Shown here: positions 37,113 to 49,537 of the stretch, one piece after another
Numbering within the stretch: the first letter of the stretch is position 1
Layout of the letters: the number at the start of each line of letters is the position of its first letter
Source of the DNA: Schmidtea polychroa
Lineage: Eukaryota
Direction: 5' to 3'
Length of the DNA: 64,000 nt
Assembly (NCBI GenBank): GCA_044892525.1
Contig: CM097886.1
Coordinates: 60,078,001-60,142,000 of the forward strand
Translations under genes and position numbers: made by a program
The notes under the pieces: model-generated
Told to the model about the DNA's origin: nothing
The model's database searches: none
Seen by the model: the letters and a program-made list of their open reading frames with translations, nothing else

Positions 37113-38609
37113 AATACTAATAATTCAACAGTTACCAACAATCGGTTACTGATTATTTTTTAACTAGGTGCTAACAAATACTTACAACTAGATACCACGT
37201 ACTAACTAACTCTCAAACAACCAGATACTTACAACTAACTACTAAATATTCTTTATTGTATTTTATGAAATGCTTTTTAAATTAATTTTTTATCTATCTT
37301 CAAAAATATATTTAATTACAATCATTAGAAAAACCTTTTCAAATTTAACAAAAATGTTGATTTTCATCAAAAAAACCACAACTCATCACCACGTGGATTT
37401 CAAAATAATTTTAATTACAATGAAAGACTAATGAATTCTAATTTACAAAACATTCTTCTTTTAAATGATAACTTATTATTGCAAAGTAAAAATCGCATTC
37501 AATAAATACTTATTGTTGATCAGTTTTATTATATATACTCTGAGTTTATCCGACAGGATGTTTTGACCCCCCTAAGGGTACAGGTCGTAAGGGTACTGGT
37601 CGTAAAGGTACTGGTCGTAAGGGTATTAGTCGTAGGGGTATTGATCACTCTCAATCCCCACCTACTCATTAATTAGCTTCCATGTACTAACCACTAGGTT
37701 TCAAACAACTAAATACTAAACACTTACAACCATGTACTAACAACCACCATCAAAACCCATCGAGAAATTAACAAATATCAACCTACAACTAGATACTTAC
37801 AACCAGATACCTGCTACCAAGTACTTACAACAAGATACCAAGTACCAACAATCAACTAACCACACATAAAAATAATAGCAATTAAATACAAAATATTCTT
37901 CATCACATACAATATCTTCTTATCAAAATCTAAAAAGTCAATCAGATACCAACTACCAAGTACCAAGTACTAACAACCAACTACCTAGAACCAACAACTA
38001 TGTACTAACAAATTGATCTTTAAAAGAAAAATACTCATCACTTGAAAAATTAGATGAAAAATTATTTGAACTCAAGGCATCAATAACTTGGTAAAAATTG
38101 ATTAAATTATTGTAAAAATTTAAATTATTCAAAATATACTAAATTAAAAATATATAATTAATGGACAAGAAAGAACTTTAAATTCTAGTCATTGATCATT
38201 CAAGTTAATATGAATCAACTAAGATAATAAATTAATAAGAATTTTGAAATAAGATCTAGTAGATAATTGATTTAGATTGAATAAATTAATTTAAATAAAA
38301 TTAAATTTAATTATTTTTTTAAAAGTAATACATGTACTCAAATTGATTGACTGATTTCTTAATATATTCAAAAAATCAGTATAAATTCATTACAATTATC
38401 AAAGTCAGCAATCTACAATAAAAATAATTATCATTAAATTCCAAAAGAGACTAGATAACTAATGATAACATCTAATAAACCAGTAAATTTATTTAAATGA
38501 CAATAATTGGTATATCCAAGTGAATTCTCCAATAAAATCATCTAAAAAGAATCATTTTCCCCTAAATATATCAATATGTAAAGATTAGTATTGTAATGAT
38601 AAATACTTG

Positions 38610-39040
38610 TTAAAGATCATATATTCACCTCAAACTAACAAGATTCCTTAAAATCCCTTAAATGACTACATTTCTACCCTTAATTCATATTATTACAAAT
38701 ATCATCTAAAAAGCATCAAATTTCATTGAAATAACACTATCTTTAAAGATTGATATTTTAAAGATAAGTACTCATAAAAGACTATATATTCACCTCAAAC
38801 TAATAAGATTCCTTAAAATCCCTTAAATGACTATATTTCTACCCTTAATTCATATTATTACAAATAATTCATTAAAATCATCTAAAAAGCATCATTTCCC
38901 CTAAATATATCAATATTTAAAGATTGATATTTTAATGATAAGTACCCGTAAAGGATCATATATTCCCCTCAGACTAATAAGATTGCTTAAAGTCCCATTT
39001 AAATGACTATAATTCTAACTTTAATTCCTATTATCACGAA
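38610..39040. repeat. ~170-bp degenerate tandem repeat (3 units)
   Basis: ATATATTCACCTCAAACTAA..AAGATTCCTTAAAATCCC..TTAAATGACTA recurs near 38620, 38785 and 38958. Confidence 0.8.
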
Positions 39041-39554
39041 TATTTCCCTATAAAACATGTAAAATCATTAACCCTAAATAATTTATAAAATCTAATGATA
39101 AAAGTGGTTATAATTAAATTTTTGTTAATCACTGTACTCGAAATTTAAAATAAATATAACTGACTAGGTCCCATTGAAAGATTAAATTTATCCATTCAAT
39201 AAAATATATTTCTTCAAATGATCATTTTTACCAATATTCAACCGATTTAATTACTAATTAAAATCAAGATTTCTTCCAATAAAGATCAATTTTATTTAGT
39301 CAATGTTTTAAGTCCATATTTCTCAACTTTTGTCGTTGTCAGTCTAAATAAAGATAAAAATAATTTAAAGTTGATATCAATCCCAAATATCTGTAAAGTT
39401 TTCATCGTCAAAACCAAGTAAATCGATCATTATCCTTACTTAATAATCCATAAATCTAAATTAATATACAATGAATTAATCACAACCTAATAAAACGATA
39501 TAATTATTATTGATACATAACTGACTAATTGACATTTCCCTTAAAACAATGATA

Positions 39555-39870
39555 TTTTACCAACATCACCATTAAAAAAATCATATATTCCCATCTTAAC
39601 CGATGTCTCATTAAATTTAACCGACTATATTCCCATCTTAACCCATAATTCATTCAATTCAATCGACTATATCTCCCTTACAATGATATATTCCTACCTT
39701 ATCCGATCTCTCATTAAATTCAATCGACTATATCTCCCTTGCAATGATATATTCCCATCTTAACCGATTTCTTATTAAAGTCAATCGACTATATCTCCCT
39801 TACAATGATCTATTTCCATCTTAACCCATCCCTCATTAAATCTAATCGATAATATCCCATCTTATCCGAT
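39555..39870. repeat. ~55-60-bp degenerate tandem repeat
   Basis: CGACTATATCTCCCTTACAATGATATATTCCCATCTTAACC units, about 5 copies. Confidence 0.8.
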
Positions 39871-41024
39871 CTCTCAGCAAATATTTCTACCCTTTTAAAC
39901 ATCTATCCGATTATATCCCTTAATTTCCCTAAAGATTCCACCCACTTGAACCCTTTAATATATATCAATCCTCTTAATATCCTTAGAGAACTTCAAAAAG
40001 TATGAATTTTCATAAACTGTTAAAGACACCAGGCATTCTTCCATTGAAATAATTTAGAAGCTAAATAATAAGAGCCCACTAAAAGATCAAAATTTACTAA
40101 AATTTTCTACAAATATTTACCATCAAATACTGGAGATGATATATATTGATTGATCATAATTCTTCATCGATTCAACCAATCATTTTCAAGCAATAACAGC
40201 AAACTAAATTTCTGTATATCCTACAATAATTATCAAGTAAATTTAAAGTCATTGATAAATATTCTTAGAAAATTATTGAAAAAAATTATCTTTTCAAATA
40301 TATTACAAAGTTATCATCAAAAATTTATTCTATCACTTAATTATTAACCTAATTGTCAATGAAATTAATTTTTATTTAAAAACTATTCAATAAAATACAA
40401 CTAATTATCAAGAAATTAACTAAATTTATCAATTAAATTTATCACCATTAAAACTTTTAATCAGTCAACATGAAATTCTTAGAAAATTATTCAATATCCT
40501 CATAAAAATTTATCCTACCACTTCATTATTGTAAAATCTCTAATTATTAACCTCATTGAAAATAATTTTTATTTAAAATTAAAAAAAAAAACAAGTAAAT
40601 AAAAATACATCCAATTATCAAGAAATTAATTAAATTTATCTTAGAATTAGCATTAAATTATTAAATATTCATTCAATAAACATGAAATTCGCAAAAATAA
40701 TAGGAAATTCACAAAAATGATAGATATCCACAAAAATTACAGATAATCAAAAAAATTACGGAAAATAATAGAAATCCGCAAAAATAATAGAAATTCACAA
40801 AAAAACGATAAAAATTCACAATAAAAAAACGATAAAAATTCACAAAAAAGATAGAAATTTACTTGAATAAAACCATCAACTCTAAAAATTATGAATGCCT
40901 TAAACATCAAATTTGCCTAAATAATCATTCAAATAAAAACATTAAATACCTTTACGACTAATACCCTTGCGACATGTTGAATGTGAGTAGTACCCTTGTG
41001 AGCAATACCCATAGGGGGACAGAA

Positions 41025-42995
41025 TATTTTGTCGGATAAACTCAGAGTATATATTAATTAACTCATTTTTCATTGAATTAGTCAAATTATCATAAATTTC
41101 GATAAAAATTCTAAAGTGGTAAGCAATGTAAAGAGAAATATTCTTTAAACTTTGATAAAATTAACAATGAAGGTGGTAAGAATCATTAAAGTGAGGAAAT
41201 TATTCATTACTCGATTCAAATGGGTGAAAATAATTGGTAGAATAATTCATTAATGGATCATTGAATGGGCATAGATAAGAAGAAGGTTGATAAAAATGTA
41301 AATATATTAATTGAATTTATTTAAAATTATTTCATAAAATTCATAAATTTAATAAAAAAAACTTTTAAAACAAATATTTGTGGGAATAATTAATCAAAAT
41401 CTGGGGGATATTAGTGATTAATTAATGGAAAATAGAGAATCGGGGAATATAAGTGAATAATTAATGAAAATTCTAGGGAATACAAATGATTAAATAGTGG
41501 AAATCGGGGAATATAGAAGATTAAATAGTGGGGTATTGAGAATCGGTGGAATATAAGTGAGAAGGATATGTAATTTAAACTATTTTATTACGTAACAAGC
41601 CATGACTAGTTTATTGCATAACAAGCTGTGAACGGGATTTTACCAACATTTTACCTAGTATGTAATTTAATTTTTATTGTATTTTTAAATTGTATATATT
41701 TTCAATATCATTCTATTGTTTTATTCCAATAATAAGTTTAAAAAGTATATAATGATTAATAAATTAATATCGTGTTAACATTTATTTGAGAATTTAAAAA
41801 ACTTTACTTAAAATTTAGTGAAGTATTTAATTTTGATTTAATTTTTAAGACAAATATTTGAGTATTAACTTATTTTGATTGAAGTATCATATTTAATATT
41901 ATGATGATTGTTTTCTAAATTAAAATATTTTAGTGTAAAATAGTAAATTTAGTAATGAATAGAATACAATATTAAAGGACTTTTTGAAAAAAAAGTAACT
42001 TTTAATATCTAATCAATAAGTTTTAAAAGTCTATAACTGATAATACACTTATTTCTTATTCACATTTACTTATAAAATTTATATTTTTAAATTTAGTGTA
42101 AAAGTATTTAATTTTTATTGTAATTTATAAAAATCATCTATTTGAATAGTTATCTTATTTTGATTAAAAAGGGTAATATAATTAATAATATGATAATTGT
42201 TTTTGAAATATTTAACGTAAAATAATAAATTTATTAATAAATAGCTATTATTACAATATTAAAGGACTTAGTCATAATTTTGAAAAAAAAATAACCTAAG
42301 TTACTTTTTATTTCTATTACATAATTCCGTCAATAAGTATGTAACTGGTAATAGATTAATTTCTTATTTACATTATTTGAAAATTTGAAAAACTTATAAA
42401 ATTTATATATTTTAAATTTAGTGGAAAGTATTTAATTTTAACTGAATTTTATAAAAAGGTATATAATTGATCTTATTTTGATTGAAAAGGGTAATTGATT
42501 TAGAAATTATTTAGTGTAAATCAAAACATTTAAATTATTAAGGTATTAAAGTACTTATTCAAAAATTATAAAAAAGACCTAATCAATAATTCTCAATAAA
42601 ATACCATTCACAACTTGTTATGTAATAAACTAGACGCGGCTTGTTATGTAATAAACTAGTTTAAATTATATATCCTCCTCACTTATATCCCCCCGATTTT
42701 GATTAATTATTCCCCACAAATATTTCTTTTTTTTATTAAATTTATGAATTTTATGAAATAATTTTAAATAAATTCAATTAATATATTTGCATTCTTATCA
42801 ACTTTCTTCTTATCTATGCCCATTCAATGATCCATTAATGAATTATTCTACCAATTATTTTCACCCATTTGAATCGAGTAATGAATAATTTCCTCACTTT
42901 AATGAAGATTCTTTTTAAAACAAGATATTTTTATTTGACTAATTCAATGAAAAATGAGTTAATTAATATATACTCTGAGTTTATCCGACAAAATA
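41025..42995. mobile_element. Foldback-like element with ~400-600 bp inverted arms
   Basis: Blocks at 41025-41090, 41175-41420 and 41545-41630 are reverse complements of 42930-42995, 42670-42905 and 42600-42690. The AT-rich centre contains degenerate ~300-bp direct repeats. Confidence 0.85.
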
Positions 42996-43318
42996 AGATA
43001 CAGAAAACTTAGTAATCTCAACTGAATAACATTTTTTAGAGGTTGAAATTATCTTTTATACTAAATAAAAAATCCTAGTTTTTCGAAAATAATTAGGCAT
43101 TGCGAATTTTCATTGGCCACTGTAAAAAAGCCCTTTATCCAATTAAAGTTCATCTGAAACTTGACAGAAATTTAAAAATTCCAAATTGCATAAAAGCCTG
43201 AACAAACTACGCATAATCAATGAACAGTGGGCGTTGGAACCACTCAAAAAACTAAATTTGTAACAACTGTATATTAGTCACAATAAAAATATCACATAAA
43301 ATAATCAAGGCAATAAAA

Positions 43319-44673
43319 CTATATTTGAAAAACTCGTCCAGTTTTGTCCTCTGACACAGTGACAACGCAGCCATCATTTTTTGTTACGAACATATCCCAA
43401 ACGATTCCCGAATGTCCCCACCAAGTCGGCACGTCTCCACTGGGATTAATTCGCCCATCCCAACAACACAATCTTCCATCGAGTCCAGACGTATAAAACA
43501 CTGGCTTACCACGACTCCACTTTAATTGTGAAACTGTTGATTGCTCTTCATATTCATTTTCAGTTTTACTATCTTGCAGAGCCGTCGGAACTGTTGACTT
43601 ATAATTCCACATGTACCGGATTCGATTGTGCGATAAATCATACACCCCAATTATTCCATTTTTACTGGCAAACGCAAGATATTGCAGTACGTCTGAAAAT
43701 GCAACATTTGTCACTAAGCCACCATCTTTAATTGCAATTCGATTCAATTTACAGTTAACATTCTGACCACCATATACTGCACAAGCTAGAATAATTTGAC
43801 TCCAATCCCCAATAGCAATCATTTCCGAGTTATTTAATTTATGAGTGGCAAACCCGGCTCCAAGCCCTTCGTCATTATCTTCCTCTTCATTTGCAATCGA
43901 ATTTAAATCAATTTTAATCATGTTATAAGTATTAACATCACATAAATTTAATTCATTTCTGTTGCTGCATTCTTCATGAGATTGCTCACAACTCCCACCA
44001 TAAAGTACAGCAGAATTATTCCCATTCAGAATGACATTGAATCCATTGCAGCAACAACCTTTGCCTTGATTGTAAAAAGTAGACACCATTTCTTGTGAAT
44101 TTTCATCGGATAAATTACTAATTGAAAATGACTGGACAGTTCCAGTTTTATCACAAACATATAAAAATTCATCTTTGGATAATGGATCAATTATCCACTT
44201 AAAGTCAATAATTTCTGAAACTTCAATTGATTTGAATTTATTAAACTTCATTTGATCAAAATTTAATTTCCATACGATTACACAACCAAATAAATCCCCA
44301 CTTACAAGGAATGAGTTAGTTTCGTTGATGCTTAATTTCGTTATTGATTCTGAATGTCCATATAATGTATCAATTTGTTTGCCATCTTCTAAACTCCAGG
44401 CAATTATAGCATCATCCATTCCACCAGTGAATGCAACTCTTGATTTATTGTCACAAACTACTGACAAAACAACATTCGAATGACCACTCAAAACAAATTT
44501 TGCATCATCTTTTAATGGAATAATTTCTTCAAATTCGTCCTCATCTGAAAAATAATTTATAAAAACAATTATTATTAACATGCATAATACATACCAAGAT
44601 CTGTTTCACATTCTTCAATTACTTCTTCATATTCACTATCACTTGCATTTTCAAACTCCATACAATTTTCCAT
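43319..44673 (-). CDS. AAMP: WD40-repeat protein, AAMP/Sqt1-like (434 aa, 2 exons)
   Basis: Exon 1 at 44673-44595 (acidic MENCMEFENASDSEYEEVIEECETDL), a 50-nt intron at 44594-44545, exon 2 to 43319. The acidic N-terminus, GHSNVVLSV..AFTGGMDD..AW, GHSES..LVSGDLFG..VW and the terminal SEDKTGRVF match the AAMP/Sqt1 layout. Confidence 0.75.
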
Positions 44674-45928
44674 TTCGAAATGATCACGCAAAGTGAATTT
44701 AAAATCTTACCAAATTCTGAATAGTTTTTAAACAAAAATAACTTTTTATAATATAACAAAATTTCGGATGACAATTAAAATATTTATTTAATTTTGTAAC
44801 AAATATTATTTATTGTCATTAGATTTTGACTTAAAATATTTAATAAATTTAATAAATACTTAATTTACCAAATATAATTTTAATTTTGTAGATTTTTATC
44901 ATATTATAATAATAAGTTTCTTAACACGTTGAACGCCGCAATGCTAAAAAACAAAGATTCGCACAGTGTTCAGCTTGTTAAAATGTTTCAAAATTGGGAA
45001 GATTTTGTTTTCACGTTGTTTTGGAAACAGTTTCAAAATCTGCAAAAATGAAAATTATTAAATCCTATAGTTCATATAAAACATTGCCCATTGCTTAAAA
45101 TTTTTTGCCAACAGAGCAAATGCAACTTGGTGAATATTATAATTTATTAATCTATACTTCGTGTATATTTTGTTGGATAAAAATGTAAATAGATGCAAAA
45201 AATCAGGAAAACTCTCAATTACAGCCTAATTTCTAATTTTTATTATTTTATTTATTTGAACTACAGCTTTGAACTACTGCTTTTTTTGAATCTTTATCAA
45301 TCGATATTTTCACTTACCTGTAAATCGAGCTAATCACAAAAGTCTTTTATAAGAGTCTTCAGAACAGCAATGTAATTAGTAGCTCAAAAATCCTGAGGAG
45401 TTGATACTTGGAATTCCACAAAGGTTTAGCTGTTCAAATCCGTTAAAAGCCAAAGACTCAGCAATAAACCACTAGAAAAAATCAGCAATAAGAAATACAT
45501 CCAATTTTAAATAAATTAACGGATAATCCATCAAGGTTTTAGAACCTGTTTCTTCCTATTTTTGTCGAGCATTTTGACATTCTTCTTCTGTAATATCTTC
45601 CTGCTAGGTTCGTGTCTAATCGAACTAAAACATATATTACGTACCGAAATGATTTAATATGATCCAGAAACTTGAACAAAATTTATTTAATTTTCTGATT
45701 AAATGAATTCCAACGAAGAGTTTTCAATGATCGATTTTTATTGCTAATAACCTGCAATGGTTGTGTTAGCTTTGGTTTCTGTTTTGCCTGAGTATGCTAA
45801 TTTATTGTTCTGTTCGAAATAGTTTGTTTTCAATCTTTTTGTGTCTGTATTTGTGTCCCTCAACTAATAATATAACGCTATTTAATTGATGATAAATAAA
45901 CCACATTCTATAAATAGTAATTATTAAT

Positions 45929-45931
<3 letters not shown>

Positions 45932-45965
<34 letters not shown>
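45932..45965. repeat. (TA)n microsatellite
   Basis: Directly visible, immediately before palindrome copy B. Confidence 0.9.
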
Positions 45966-45968
<3 letters not shown>

Positions 45969-45971
45969 TGA

Positions 45972-46189
45972 AAATAGAGTTTGAAGACTATAAATCAGTA
46001 ATATATCGATGTTTGTTGATACTCACGAATTTTCGGCACTGGTTTTTCACTTGAAAAACGCTGTGCCGAAAATTCGTGAGTATCAAAAACATCGATATAT
46101 TACTGATTTATAGTCTTCAAGCTCTCTTTTTAATAAATTTAATGGAAAAAATAATCAGTAGTGAAATTGGAAAAAATATTTCTTATAAT
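45972..46189. repeat. Long palindrome (hairpin element), copy B, plus tail
   Basis: Palindrome at 45972-46130 pairs almost to its tip (GTTTTTCA-CT-TGAAAAAC). It is followed by the same ~60-bp tail seen, inverted, next to copy A. Confidence 0.9.
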
Positions 46190-46619
46190 CAGTGCTCGAA
46201 GTGGAACAAAATATGTGCCGGGATAGGCATGCTGTGGCAACCGGGATTCCAGGCTTTTATGCAGAAATTTTCAGTTGGGGGTGTTGCAAAACTTTGGGGG
46301 GTGTCCAACAAATTTTTTTTTGGGGGGGGGGGGGTGTCCACCCATTTAATCATAAGTTTCAGAATATACCTACCTATCCATTACTGCTGCTTGGGAAATT
46401 CTTAATTGAATAGAGAATAGAGAATAAAGAATATATATATACATACATATATGGATGTACTATGTGTGACCTTAATTGCAGTATTTGTGTGCCTATAAAA
46501 TGAAATAAGTACCGGGATAAACCTATAGATTATATGAAATGAAGTGCCGGGATGCTATTCCGCCTACATAATCAATGCCGGGATAATATCCCGGCTATCC
46601 CGCCTCACTTCGAGCACTG
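46190..46619. mobile_element. hAT-type MITE
   Basis: 14-bp TIR CAGTGCTCGAAGTG, perfect 8-bp TSD CTTATAAT (46182-46189 and 46620-46627) and subterminal CCGGGATA repeats. Confidence 0.92.
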
Positions 46620-49537
46620 CTTATAATATATATGTTGGGGTTAGTGCAAAAACAAAAAATATAATATATAAAAGGAAAGCATAACAAATATTGGTAAAAT
46701 CAATAAAAGTGCAAAATTAATTCAAACTTACTAAAAATCAAAATTCAATATTGAACGGGGGTATCGGATATGGTTGAACCAGAAATTGATAGATGAGTTC
46801 AGAAATTATAATGAAAATTTAATAAGATGTTCACACGGTAAGTTAATGTGGAAAAACAAATTAATTAAAATTAATTAATCTGTAATGGAAAACCCGGGCC
46901 AATGGGAAGCCCGAGCCCATGGGAAACCCGAGCGCTGAAGGAAACCCGATGCACAGTGAGACCCGATAGATCAGATAAGAGAGGGAGTATTTCCAGCGCC
47001 AATCTAGGGTAAACAAATTAAAACAATTTGGAAACCCTCAAGTATTTACCTAGGATTCCCGGGAAATAATTACTTAATTAAAATTCTGTAGATGATTGCT
47101 TTCTCAGAAACAGTATAAGGAGAGAGCTCAGAAACAGATAATCCTACGGGTTAAATTTATCGGTTACTCGACTGAGCTGAACAATTTTACATACACACAC
47201 GCACGTATGTTTCATTTACAATACATTAACATTAACAAAATCTATAAACAAGAAAGAAACACTGTTAGAAAGAACAAAAGATGGCATTAATTTTGGTGCA
47301 TTCATAGATTCCTTTCGTCAGCATACCCTTGTCGTCACTATTCTTACAATCAAATTATTTCAACACATTCATTAACTTTTTGTAATCCAATTTTAATTTT
47401 CAGATGAATTTTCATTTTATCGTTTGTTTTTCCGGTTGACAAATTGTATTTGATCTATTAAATTAGAGCTGGAGAAAGGTAAAGACAAAAGAATCACAGA
47501 AAAAGCTAAGAGGTAATGTTATCATTTCAATTTCGGTTGCAACTCTTACAGGGGTCTCATATAAAATCAAGTTGCAATGTTCATGATATGAAAATTCAAA
47601 AGTTAATTTTGCTAAAATAGTTTGTAATTACATAAATGATAAACCGTCGTACTAATCTTGTTTTATTCAGTTTGACATGATATTTCATCGTCTAAAAATG
47701 GGTTTTCCGTTTGCAATATAGTCTGGTTTATATATGCAAGTCTCTAGATCTAAGATAATTGGTTAAAGATTTATTTGATTTAATCAAATACTTAGAAAAG
47801 ACTCGTAGTTTACCTTTATGATCCGCTTGGTTACTTTGCGGAGGAAGTAACCAATACTATCAGTCATGTATATTACGAGCTATGTTAATTTTGAACAAAA
47901 TTGATATTTTTAAATCATCACATCATTTTATCTTAAAATTTAGGTGCTTATCACATTAACTGTTAATTGCAAACAATGAACACAATATTTGATTTACTTT
48001 TAATAAAATAATAACATTTTGTTTATATTTTAAATATTTTACCCAAAATAAGACCCCCATAATATGAACAAAAAATGTCACTAATATAAAAAAAATGATT
48101 TGGTCAGAAAAAAGAACTTGCTGAAAAGATGAAAAAAGAGATGGTTAAAAACCAGAGACTTCTGGAACAGAAGCACAGTGTTTCACTTGGATTAGTCAAT
48201 AAGCCTTCGAATATGGAATTTGAGAAAGAAGTTCCCGAGAATCTTCTAATTAGATGAAATTAACAGATCAAATGGAGGCAAACTGAAGATTCAGAGCCAG
48301 TTTTATTTATCAGGTTTAATGAATCTAGAAGCAGAAATATAAGTGTTTGAAAAGCTTGAAAAGTATTTCTTACAGCATCTACCTGAAGATATTAGCCATC
48401 TATTGAAGGTAAAAGACGAATTGGTAAAATAAAAAATCAATAGGCATCCAATAATCATTGGCTGGTTAATTCATAAAAGGAAAGATTAAATTTATGTCAT
48501 AAGATAAATGTCGTAATATTCACATTTTAGTATTTTATAACAAATCCATTTCGCATGTTCACAGTACACGGAATTATGAACACTCAAAAATCCGGTCCCC
48601 TCACGTTCTCATTGAACAGGACTTACTGTATGAATATTATTAGACAAAGATGCTTTCATTTCATTACTGTTAAAATGTTTTTAGGCCTTGCTCAAATTTA
48701 TGAAAATTTTCACAGCAGGTATGGCATGCTCGGAAACAAATCTCCTAGTGATGTTACCAACAACCTTTTGGAAAAGACTATGTATCATAATAATTTCAAG
48801 TAACAGTTAGCTCAACCTCTTATTCGTCTCATCTTTTACGTATACACCAACCATTTATCCACTGACTTCTCCACTAATTCATCTGAAATAAAGAGAGATT
48901 TAGATTTCATCTATATTGAAATAAAAGAAGAGGATAGAGGTGATTTTTGTATTTAGTTTTAAATAAAAATTGAGGTTAAGCTACATTGGCCTGGCCTTAG
49001 TATTATTTTTTATTATATTTTTACATCAAAAAATGCAGTTTTCTTGACAAAATTGTGTTAAAAAAGCCTCTCTAATGCTAATAATAACAAATTTTTTATA
49101 TCTTTTCGAATTTAAAAACTCTTGCTTCACATGGTCATTAAATTATCTGTGGCAACTCTTCTTCGAGTATTCTTCTATAAAAAGTTCACAAAAAACAAAT
49201 TATTGAAGGAACCTAAACAAAAAAAAATTACTTTTGTAAACACTTGCCCTTTACCTGATAATTCGACCCCCACTCATTAACTTAGTTATTGGTTAACTTT
49301 TTGTGATTTGTGTACAAATAAGGAATTCGTAATCATTCATAACCTTTCAGGTAACCAAGTCCGAATATTTGTTTATTTCATAATCAATTCCACTAAATAA
49401 ACAATTTCACAGGTGCCGTATAAATCCCGCCTTTGAAAGCAACCAAGACAACGGAAAAAGAAAACTAATAAGCCACATGCTGCAGATATATTCATTCATA
49501 AATATCATTCGAAATGTATTTCAAACATAAGAATTAA

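Noticed and set aside
44921-45870. Exon-like and piggyBac-end-like pieces upstream of AAMP
   Set aside because: All frames are interrupted and no partner TIR was found.
46633-47365. Possible solo LTR (TGTTGG...CAACA)
   Set aside because: No matching TSD at the candidate ends.
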